DNA of 32,000 bases. Source: Patescibacteria group bacterium. Lineage in GTDB: Bacteria; Patescibacteriota; Patescibacteriia; UBA2591; UBA6264. Positions within the stretch are counted from its first letter, which is position 1; every line of letters begins with the position of its first letter. The notes beneath the pieces were generated by a model. It did not search any database and was not told the origin of the DNA. It saw only the letters and a list, made by a program, of their open reading frames with translations. Position numbers and translations under genes: made by a program. Shown here piece by piece: positions 8,951-17,100 of the stretch. The DNA lies in contig JAQTOB010000004.1 in assembly GCA_028713575.1 (NCBI GenBank), positions 38,393 to 70,392 on the forward strand, read 5' to 3'.

Positions 8951-10108
8951 ATGAAATTTTTTAACTTAACTCCCAAAATCAATCTTTCTAAAGATTTTAA
9001 AATGCTTTGCCTTTATCAAACCATTATTGCTTTGGCTGACGGTATGATCGGTTTATTTTTGCCGATTTTTTTATTTGAAAAATTAAATCAATCAATTTAT
9101 CCGGTGATTATTTTTTACGCTACCGGTTATTTGCTTTACGGCCTTTTAGTGCCTTTGGGCGCCATTTTAATGAATAAAATCGGCTTGGAAAAATCAATTC
9201 TCTGGGGCCGTTTTTTTACCATTCCCTTTTATCTTTGTTTGTTTTTTTTGAAAAATAATCCTTGGGTTTTTCTTGTTTTGGCCGGTTTGTTTTTGTTGTT
9301 TTTTCGCCTTCTTTACTGGGTGCCTTATCATGTTGATTTTGTTAGTTTTACCGAAGGCAGATATCGCGGTCGGCAAATGGCTTATTTGGCTATTTTGGGT
9401 TACCTTGTTGCCATTGGCGCGCCCTTGTTGTCTGGATTTTTGCTTAATAGCTTTAGTTTTGAATTTGTTTTTCTGTTAGTAATAATTATTTTAATAATTT
9501 CTTTGATTCCTTTAAAAAAATTAAATGACACTCAGGCCAATTTTCAATTTTCTTATTTGCAAACATTTAAGGAATTATTTAAAAAGCAAAATAGGTCAGC
9601 CTCTTTGGCTTATTTGGCTGACGGCGGACAAAATATGATTGGCGTTGTTATTTGGCCGCTTTTTATCTACCAAATTTTGGAAAAGCAATACTTGGCCTTG
9701 GGCGCGGTGGCCGCCTTAATTACAATTGGAACCGTCCTTTGCCGTTTGTTAATCGGCAGTTATACTGACAAGTATTCAAAAAAGAAACTTTTAAAAATCG
9801 GGTCCTTTTTTTACGCTTTAGGCTGGCTGGCAAAGTCATTGGTGGAAACCGCTTTTCAGATTTTTATTATCGGCACTTTTCACAGTTTTATGTCCATTAT
9901 TATGCGTTCGCCCCTGGATGCTTTGACTTACGAAAGAATTTCCGTTCGCGATTCTTATATTGACGAATATACGGTTTTGCGCGAGATAAGCGTTAGCTTG
10001 GGTTATTTTTTAATGGGAATGATTGTTTTGCTTTTAGTCGGATTGGTTGGCCTTAAAATTACTTTTTTAGTCGCGGCTTTTTGTAGCTTATTTGTCAATA
10101 AATTATAA
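8951..10108 (+). CDS. Polytopic membrane transporter, MFS-like
   Basis: 385 aa with about 10-12 hydrophobic helices. Short basic loops (GSYTDKYSKKKLLKIG) are reminiscent of the MFS loop motif. There is no soluble domain. Confidence 0.5.
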   Translation: MKFFNLTPKINLSKDFKMLCLYQTIIALADGMIGLFLPIFLFEKLNQSIYPVIIFYATGYLLYGLLVPLGAILMNKIGLEKSILWGRFFTIPFYLCLFFLKNNPWVFLVLAGLFLLFFRLLYWVPYHVDFVSFTEGRYRGRQMAYLAILGYLVAIGAPLLSGFLLNSFSFEFVFLLVIIILIISLIPLKKLNDTQANFQFSYLQTFKELFKKQNRSASLAYLADGGQNMIGVVIWPLFIYQILEKQYLALGAVAALITIGTVLCRLLIGSYTDKYSKKKLLKIGSFFYALGWLAKSLVETAFQIFIIGTFHSFMSIIMRSPLDALTYERISVRDSYIDEYTVLREISVSLGYFLMGMIVLLLVGLVGLKITFLVAAFCSLFVNKL

Positions 10109-10111
10109 TTT

Positions 10112-10657
10112 ATGCCGCCCAAATTATTGCTTCATGTTTGTTGCGCCAATTGCGGAATAGTTCCCATTGAATTACTAAGAGACCGGTTTGACCTGACTTT
10201 ATTTTGGTATAATCCGAATATTTATCCCCGAACAGAATATCAAAAACGCTTGGCAGATGTTAAAAAATTAGTTAAAATATATAAAAAGGATTTGATTGTT
10301 GAAAACAATGATATTAAAAAGTGGTTTGAAATTACCAAAGAGCTGGAAAACGAGCCAGAAGGGGGTAAAAGGTGCGAAAAATGTTTTCAAATGCGATTAA
10401 GCCGAACCGCGCGGTTAGCCAAAGAAAAAAGTTTTGATTTTTTTGCCACTACTTTAAGTGTCGGACCGCAGAAAAGGGCGAAAATAATTAATAAATTGGG
10501 AGAAAAATTGGCGAAAGAATGCGATTTGAAATTTTACCCGGCGGATTTTAAAAAACAAGATGGATTTAAAAAAAGCGTTGAACTGAGCAAAAAATACGGG
10601 TTTTACCGCCAGCACTATTGCGGTTGCGTCTTTAGCATTAGAACGTCAAAACATTAA
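10112..10657 (+). CDS. queH: Epoxyqueuosine reductase QueH (DUF208 family)
   Basis: 181 aa with the family signature LLLHVCCANCG...WYNPNIYPRTEYQKR...EPEGGKRCEKCFQMRL...FFATTLSVGPQK...YRQHYCGCVFS. Confidence 0.85.
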   Translation: MPPKLLLHVCCANCGIVPIELLRDRFDLTLFWYNPNIYPRTEYQKRLADVKKLVKIYKKDLIVENNDIKKWFEITKELENEPEGGKRCEKCFQMRLSRTARLAKEKSFDFFATTLSVGPQKRAKIINKLGEKLAKECDLKFYPADFKKQDGFKKSVELSKKYGFYRQHYCGCVFSIRTSKH

Positions 10658-10660
10658 AAC

Positions 10661-11017
10661 ATGAAAACAAGTAGTTTTAAAGAAAATTTAAAAAAGAAAA
10701 TGGATGAATATGTTCATTTTGTTTATAAAATTACTCTTAATTTTCCTAAAGCGGAAATATATGGAACTGTTTCTCAATTAAGAAGGGCGTCTTTGTCGGT
10801 GGTTTTAAATTATATAGAAGGATTTGCCAGAAGAAAGAGACTTGTTCAATTGAATTTTTTAGAAATTTCTTACGGGTCGTTAAAAGAATCAAAATATCTT
10901 TTACATTTTGCTTTGATTGAAAATTATTTGGACACAAAAGACTATAAAATTGCTTTAAAAATGGCAGAAGAAATCGGAGCTATGCTTTGGACAGAAATAT
11001 CTAATTTAGATAAATAA
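10661..11017 (+). CDS. Four-helix-bundle protein (23S rRNA intervening-sequence protein family)
   Basis: 118 aa. The pattern FPKAEIYGTVSQLRRASLSVVLNYIEGFARR...ISYGSLKESKYLL is typical of this family. Confidence 0.8.
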   Translation: MKTSSFKENLKKKMDEYVHFVYKITLNFPKAEIYGTVSQLRRASLSVVLNYIEGFARRKRLVQLNFLEISYGSLKESKYLLHFALIENYLDTKDYKIALKMAEEIGAMLWTEISNLDK

Positions 11018-11060
11018 TTAATTGTTTTTTAGCCAAAGGCTGATCCGTCTCCGACGGAAA

Positions 11061-11124
11061 TGTTCTAATGTTCTAGTGTTTTAATGTTTTAATGTTTTTA
11101 TGTTTTTATGTTTTTATGTTTTTA
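11061..11124. repeat. Eight tandem copies of an 8-mer (TGTTYTWR) forming a sequence gradient
   Basis: The copies are tgttctaa, tgttctag, tgttttaa x2 and tgttttta x4, contiguous and ending at the ATG at 11124. Confidence 0.9.
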
Positions 11125-11468
11125 TGAATCCTAATAAATGGGAAAATTTAATATTTATGGCTGAGGAAAAATTTGGTTTAGACAAGAAATACATGGAAGA
11201 TTTTGAGGTTTCCGAACTTTCTACGGGCGAGAAAATTATGGGCCAAAAAGAAATTGTGGAATTTAAGAGTCCTTTGGGTCGGATAAAGTTAGAAAAAACT
11301 TCCCGGCCAAAAGTCATTGATAAAAAAGTTTTACACACCAAGAGAATTGGCGGCAGAACCGCCATTGATTTCGTTTATTCGCCGGACGAAAGAGTTGAAG
11401 AGCTTAAAATTTATAAAGAAAATAAAGAAGGGGAATGGGAAGAGTTAACGGCATTGAAGGAATTTTAA
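11124..11468 (+). CDS. Hypothetical protein
   Basis: The ORF is open from 11100, but its first codons lie inside the 8-mer array. Candidate starts are 11100, 11124 and 11157 (MAEEKFGLDKKY...). No family was recognised. Confidence 0.55.
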   Translation: MNPNKWENLIFMAEEKFGLDKKYMEDFEVSELSTGEKIMGQKEIVEFKSPLGRIKLEKTSRPKVIDKKVLHTKRIGGRTAIDFVYSPDERVEELKIYKENKEGEWEELTALKEF

Positions 11469-11480
11469 TTTTTATTTTTT

Positions 11481-12158
11481 ATGAATAAGTCTTATTTTTA
11501 TTTGCCGGCTATTTTTTGTTTAATTCTTTTTTTTATTTTTAAATTTCCTTCCGTTAAAGCAATAATTATTGGTTATGATTTGATTTTAGTTTTAACCATT
11601 TTTTTAGTTTTTTTCTTGATTAAAAAGAAGATAAAAACCCGCTGGATGTTTTTGGCTCAAAGCGCGGTTTTTGTTTTAAGCGGTCTGGGATTTTTCCTTT
11701 TTGTCGCCGATGTCTTTTGGCAATTTGTTTTCGGCCTGATTTTTATTCTCGGCTTGGGCTATTTTTTCTTTCATATTTTTAAATTATTTAATCAGCCCCG
11801 TATTTGCCAGCCGGATGCTTTGGAAAAAATGAGTTTTTGGCAAAATTTCATTATTATTTATTGGACTTTAAGCGTGATTGGCGCCACTCTCGGAGTTAAT
11901 CCTTTAAATTGGCGATTTTTTTCCGCTTTGCCTTTGGTTTTTCTTCTGTTTTATTGGTTGGGTTATTATTCTTTTTATCTTAAATCAGGAGAGCTCAAAT
12001 TGATTAAAATTGATTTGTTAATCATTGGTTTGGTTTTGACGGAAATTCATTTAGCCATAAATTTTTTGCCCTTAGGTTTTTATCTAAACGCTTTGATAAT
12101 TTCTTCATTATATGGTATAATTATTAACATATGGCAAAAGATAAAGAGTTTTGTTTAA
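11481..12158 (+). CDS. Integral membrane protein (function unknown)
   Basis: 225 aa with about 6 hydrophobic helices and no recognisable motif. Confidence 0.65.
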   Translation: MNKSYFYLPAIFCLILFFIFKFPSVKAIIIGYDLILVLTIFLVFFLIKKKIKTRWMFLAQSAVFVLSGLGFFLFVADVFWQFVFGLIFILGLGYFFFHIFKLFNQPRICQPDALEKMSFWQNFIIIYWTLSVIGATLGVNPLNWRFFSALPLVFLLFYWLGYYSFYLKSGELKLIKIDLLIIGLVLTEIHLAINFLPLGFYLNALIISSLYGIIINIWQKIKSFV

Positions 12159-12283
12159 AATTTGGAGCCGCCAGTTGGCGGGGAACAAATTTTAGAAACA
12201 AAACCTTTACCCCGCCCCCATTTTTTCTAAATTTTCTATAATATCCGACTATGTAGTATTATGTATATGTTCTACAAGATAAA

Positions 12284-12487
12284 TTGACAAAAGAGATATA
12301 CATTGGTTATAGCGAAAATTTAATTTCTAGAGCCAAAGACCACCAAAAGCAAAATAAAAATTGGGTACTTGTCTACTACGAAGCTTATCAATCAGAAAAA
12401 GCTGTTCAAGAAAGAGAAAAAAGATTGAAATATTATGGTACCTCGCTTTCTAATTTAAAACGTCGTATTAAAGATTGCTTTTTCTGA
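12284..12487 (+). CDS. GIY-YIG nuclease-family protein, N-terminally disrupted (possible pseudogene)
   Basis: It carries EIYIGYSENLISRAKDHQ... and a downstream REKRLK pattern typical of small GIY-YIG proteins. The first beta-strand (YYVYVLQDK) is encoded in-frame upstream at 12257-12283 but is preceded by ATG-TAG (12251-12256). Only a TTG at 12284 remains as a start. Confidence 0.5.
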   Translation: MTKEIYIGYSENLISRAKDHQKQNKNWVLVYYEAYQSEKAVQEREKRLKYYGTSLSNLKRRIKDCFF

Positions 12488-12652
12488 GAAAAAATGGGGG
12501 CTGGGTGCTCATAATTATAACGAAATTATTTCCCCAGCACATAATGGATTTTCTAAAAAAAGAATATCAATATTATTATGAAATTAAAATAAGATAATCA
12601 AAACTCAGCATAGCGCCATATATTTATGTGCTGGGTCATAATTTTGATAATT

Positions 12653-13909
12653 ATGGTAAAAAAAATTGATATCACCGATGATTTAGAAGAAAAAGAAGTG
12701 GAAATAAAAAAAAGCGAGAGGTTGAACGCTTTGGAAAACCGCCAAAACAAAGCAGAGAAAAAAATCTCGGAATTTTATCAGAACAAAGAGTTTTCTTTTG
12801 AAAAGCCCAAAGCTTCAACCAAGGGCCTTGTTTGGCTGATTATTATTTGGTCAATTGTTTTCGGTTTGGCTGGTGGCACTTTGGCCAGTTATTTTATGTT
12901 GACGCGCGAAAGCATTAACATTCCTTTTTTGAATAAAGAAATTAAATTAAATAAAATTTTTTCTCCCAAGGAGGTTAATACGGTAACGGAAAAAAATGTT
13001 ACGGTTCTGGCCGAAACCAGAATGGCGGAATTAGTTGATGATTTATTTGTTAAAACCGTTAGAATTTTTAAAACCAAAACTCAAGACCAAACAAGTTTTT
13101 TAGAGCAGATTTATGCTCCTTGGCAGGCCTTGGGAATCGGCGCTTTCGTCAGTCCTAATGGTTGGCTAATTACTGCTTATAACTTTGAGCCGGAGACAGA
13201 TTATGTGGTCGTTGATTATAAAAATAATATTTTAAGCATTGAAAAAATAATCAGTGACCCAATCACTGATTTGAGTTTTTACAAAATCAATCAGGAAGAA
13301 TCCCCCTTTTTTGAATTAGAAGAAAAAAAAGGAATAATCCCGGGTCAGCAAGCGATTATTTCGGACAAATTGCAGAATGTTCATTTAACTGCCATCAGTC
13401 AACCTTTGACTAGAAACATTTTTAAAACCGAAGATTTGGTTTATTCCAGTGACAAATTTTCCGAATTTATGCGCTTGGAGTTTTCTGAGGTCGCTTTTCC
13501 CCAAAGTTTAATTTTCGGCTTAAACGGTAAACTTTTGGGATTTATTTCGCAAAAAGCCGTTCCGGCGTGGCAAGTGAGAGCTTTAATTGACCAGGTAGTG
13601 GCCACGGGTGAGATTAAGCGGCCGTTTTTGGGCATTGATTATTTAAGAATAGACCAAGCTCCCGGCTTAACCAGTCCCCGTTTTAAAGATTTGAACCAAG
13701 GGCTGATTGTTTATGGCTCGCCTTTGGCAAATAGTCCGGCAGAAAAGGCCGGGATTAAAAACGCGGATGTGATTGTTAAAATAGACGGCCAAATTATTGA
13801 CAAAAATATTGACTTGACTGAATTGGTTTTACAGAAGATACCTCAAGAAATGGAAATAACGGTTTTAAGAGAAGGAGAGCAAATAATTTTAAAAGTTGTC
13901 TTAGAATAA
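12653..13909 (+). CDS. Membrane-anchored HtrA/DegP-like protein with a C-terminal PDZ domain and apparently degenerate protease active-site residues
   Basis: It has a TM helix (GLVWLIIIWSIVFGLAGGTLASYF), trypsin-fold-like blocks (GIGAFVSPNGWLITAYNF; DLSFYKI; LIFGLNGKLLGF) and a PDZ domain (PFLGIDY...GLIVYGSPLANSPAEKAGIKNADVIVKIDGQII). The ORF track starts at 12626; the ATG at 12653 is preferred. Confidence 0.7.
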   Translation: MVKKIDITDDLEEKEVEIKKSERLNALENRQNKAEKKISEFYQNKEFSFEKPKASTKGLVWLIIIWSIVFGLAGGTLASYFMLTRESINIPFLNKEIKLNKIFSPKEVNTVTEKNVTVLAETRMAELVDDLFVKTVRIFKTKTQDQTSFLEQIYAPWQALGIGAFVSPNGWLITAYNFEPETDYVVVDYKNNILSIEKIISDPITDLSFYKINQEESPFFELEEKKGIIPGQQAIISDKLQNVHLTAISQPLTRNIFKTEDLVYSSDKFSEFMRLEFSEVAFPQSLIFGLNGKLLGFISQKAVPAWQVRALIDQVVATGEIKRPFLGIDYLRIDQAPGLTSPRFKDLNQGLIVYGSPLANSPAEKAGIKNADVIVKIDGQIIDKNIDLTELVLQKIPQEMEITVLREGEQIILKVVLE

Positions 13910-13910
13910 A

Positions 13911-13937
13911 AAAGTGATAAAAGTGATAAAAGTGATA
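13911..13937. repeat. Three tandem copies of AAAGTGATA just after the stop at 13909
   Basis: The sequence reads aaagtgata|aaagtgata|aaagtgata. A fourth AAGTGATA overlaps the -10 element at 14019-14030. Confidence 0.8.
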
Positions 13938-14021
13938 TGAAAAATTTACTTAAGAGCAAGACTTCTAAGTAGTTTTTTTGTAAAAAGTTTTTCACAGGAG
14001 GTTTTAAAAAATAAAAATAAG

Positions 14022-14030
14022 TGATATAAT
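14022..14030 (+). promoter_or_regulatory. Extended -10 promoter element (TGaTATAAT) upstream of the 1580-aa gene
   Basis: tgatataat at 14022-14030 is a perfect TATAAT with the TGn extension, about 80 nt upstream of the ATG at 14109. There is no clear -35. Confidence 0.4.
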
Positions 14031-14108
14031 ACAATCAAGATATATAAAAAAATAGCATTTTATAAAATGAGTCATTAAAGAGAAAAAATAAATTTAATTT
14101 AAAATTTT

Positions 14109-17100
14109 ATGAAAATCAAAAACAAAATTTTTAGGAGGGTGAAACAAAAAATCACAAAAATTATTTTTGTTTTTTTAATGGTCGCGACGATGACGGGGAG
14201 TTTAACTAACATTGCTCAAGCTTATTTATTAGACGCGGTTGATTTGTTAGGACAAATGGACACTTTAGACGAACCGATTTATACGCGAAGCACGCAAAAC
14301 AATCCTTATAGTACCATAGTCAGCAATGCGGTTTTCAACGGCGCGGAAGATGTGAAAATTGATACAGTTCATCACCGTTTATTCGTCGCCGACCGCAGTA
14401 ACAATAGGGTTTTAGTTTATGATTTGGACGAAAATAATCAATTTGAACATTATGCCGCTGATTATGTTTTGGGTCAGCCGGATTTTACCACGGTCAGCGC
14501 CGGCACCACGCAGAGCAAATTCAACGCTTCAAGATATATCGCCTATGATTCCAATCATCAGCGTTTGTTTGTTTCCGAAGAAGAAAATAAACGGGTAACG
14601 GTCTTTGATTTATCCGAAGGAGTTACCACTGGTATGGACGCTTCTTATGTTCTTGGTCAGCCGGATTTCACCACCAGCGACACTACCACCACTTTATTTG
14701 GTTTTGATTATTGTTGGGGACTGGCTTATGACTTAGATAATGATTATTTGTATGTGGCTGACGGATCTTCCCATAATCGTATTTTAATTTTTGATGTTGC
14801 CCCCGAAGAAATGTATAACTATAAACCGGCCTTTGCTCATTTGGGCTCTTTGATCGGCACTGCTTTGGACGATTCTCATTTTGAGGGTCCCCATGGCTTG
14901 GTTTTGGACAAGACCAATGATATTTTATATGCGACCGACACCGACCATCATAGAATAATGATTTTTGATACAGAAGAAATTATCAATGGAGAAAGCGCGA
15001 TTAATGTCCTTGGTCAATTAAATTTTACTTCAGATAGCACCAGCACTAGCAGCGTGGGTATGAATTACCCTTATAATGTTGATTTTGATGGAGTTGATGA
15101 GCGTTTATTTGTTGCTGACGCTACCAATCATCGCGTAATGGTTTTTGACGTTTCTGGGGGAGTGACAGATGGCATGGAAGCCTCTTATGTTTTGGGTCAG
15201 ATTGATTTTGACGCCAACAGTTCTGGCGCGACCCAATCTAAATTTAATAAGCCTCGCGGCGTGGCCTATAATTCCGTTACCAAAGAATTATATGTCGGCG
15301 ATTCAGGCAATAATCGGATAATGGTTTTTGATTTATCCCAAGGTATTACTAACGGCATGAACGCTTCCAAACTTTTAGGACATACCACGCGCGGCGGCGT
15401 GCCGAATTGGACTTTTACCACTGCCAATCAAATGGGAGCACCTATTGACGACATCGGTTTGCACACGCCCGATAAAGTCCATTTTGATTCTGTCGGGCAC
15501 CGTTTGTTCCAATCAGACCAGAACAATAGCCGTATCTTGGTTTATAATTTGGATGAAAATAATAATTTAATTGACCATGTTGCGGATTATGTGATTGGCA
15601 GAGATGATTTTTTTACCGGCGGCTCGGACAATACCGGTGGCGGTCAAGCCGCTTTTAAATGGCAACATAATTCAATTCTTGATTCCGGGCGTCAGCGTTT
15701 ATTCGTTTCTGATTCTTATAATAACCGGATTATGGTTTTTGACATTTCCGAAGGCATCGCCAACGGCATGAATGCGGCTTATGTTCTTGGTCAACCGGAT
15801 TTTACTTCTTATGATGCGATTACTACCATTAGTGGCGTTAACGGGCCTCGCGGTTTTGCTTTTGATTCAAGCACTGACCGTTTATTTGTTGCCGACCGCA
15901 ATAATCATCGGGTTTTGGTTTATGATGTGGCGGAAATTGAAACCGGCGAAGACGCAATCAATGTTTTGGGCCAGTCCGACTTCACTAGCAACTCCGCAAC
16001 CACTAGTATCAGTGGCATGGACTATCCTTATGATTTAGCTTTGGACCAAACCAATCAACGTTTATTTGTTATTGACAAGAACAACAACCGAGTGGTTGTT
16101 TATGATGTGGCGGAAATTACTAACGGCGAAGACGCGGTGGCGGTTCTGGGTCAAGCTGATTTTAATTCTAAAATTGATACCGTTGAAGATGTTGAACAAA
16201 GGATTCAAACCCAAGATAGATTATTTAACACCAGGGGAGTGGCTTATGATTCGGTTAATAATTGGTTATTTGTCGTGGAATACGCCGGTCATCGGGTAAT
16301 GGTATTTGATGTCACGGAAATTGAAAACGGCGAGCCGGCAATCAATGTTTTAGGAGACGAAACTTTTAATACGACTCTTTTGGAAACAATTGATGCCAAT
16401 GAAAATACGAATCGGGTCGCGACTGCCAGCAATTTTTGGACGCCCGAGACAGCGGAAATAGACGGAACCAATAGAAAATTATATGTTAGCGACCAAAATC
16501 ATAACCGGACCATGATTTTCCAATTGCCCAAAATTACGACTGCTTCATTAAGTAATGGCACTGTAGGCGAAGTTTATAGTCAAACAATTTCCGGTACTGG
16601 CGGCGCTGAGCCCTATGTTTGTTCTTTGGTCTCAGGCACTTTGCCCACTGGTTTATCCTTAAACGCTAATTGCACTATTACCGGCGCGCCATCAGCGGCC
16701 GGAACAGCCAATAATCTTGTTATTCGTTTTTCTGACAGTTCAATTACTTCGCCGGAAACAGTCGGCTTATGGCACAACAAAACTTTTAGTTTAACTGTTG
16801 ACGAGTCTTTGGCTAACATTAAAATTTCAGCCAAAGCCGAATTAACCGCGGCCTTGGCGACTTATAATCAGGAGGATTACACCGAAGAAAACTGGACAGG
16901 TCTAAATACTTATAAAACCGATGGCGACACAGCTATTGATGATGCCGAAGATACAGCCGGAGTTACAACAGCTAAAAATACGGCTATCAATGGAATGGCC
17001 GGAGTGGAAACCATTGCTCAAACACTTAAAACAATTACTGCTTTTTCTGTTCCTAATCAAGTTGGCGCGTCAACGATTAATCAAACCGACAAGACAATCA

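Noticed and set aside
9194-9479. Overlapping ORFs 9194-9376 (-) and 9273-9479 (+) within the transporter gene
   Set aside because: They are nested in the 385-aa polytopic membrane ORF, and their Cys/Phe/Lys-rich composition reflects off-frame reading of T-rich codons.
12251-12256. Stop-codon reassignment (TAG or TGA recoding) as in some CPR lineages
   Set aside because: The long ORFs in this window all terminate at TAA, TAG or TGA with sensible lengths and conserved C-termini. The well-conserved genes (pilB, fpg, queH) need no in-frame read-through. Standard code 11 fits.
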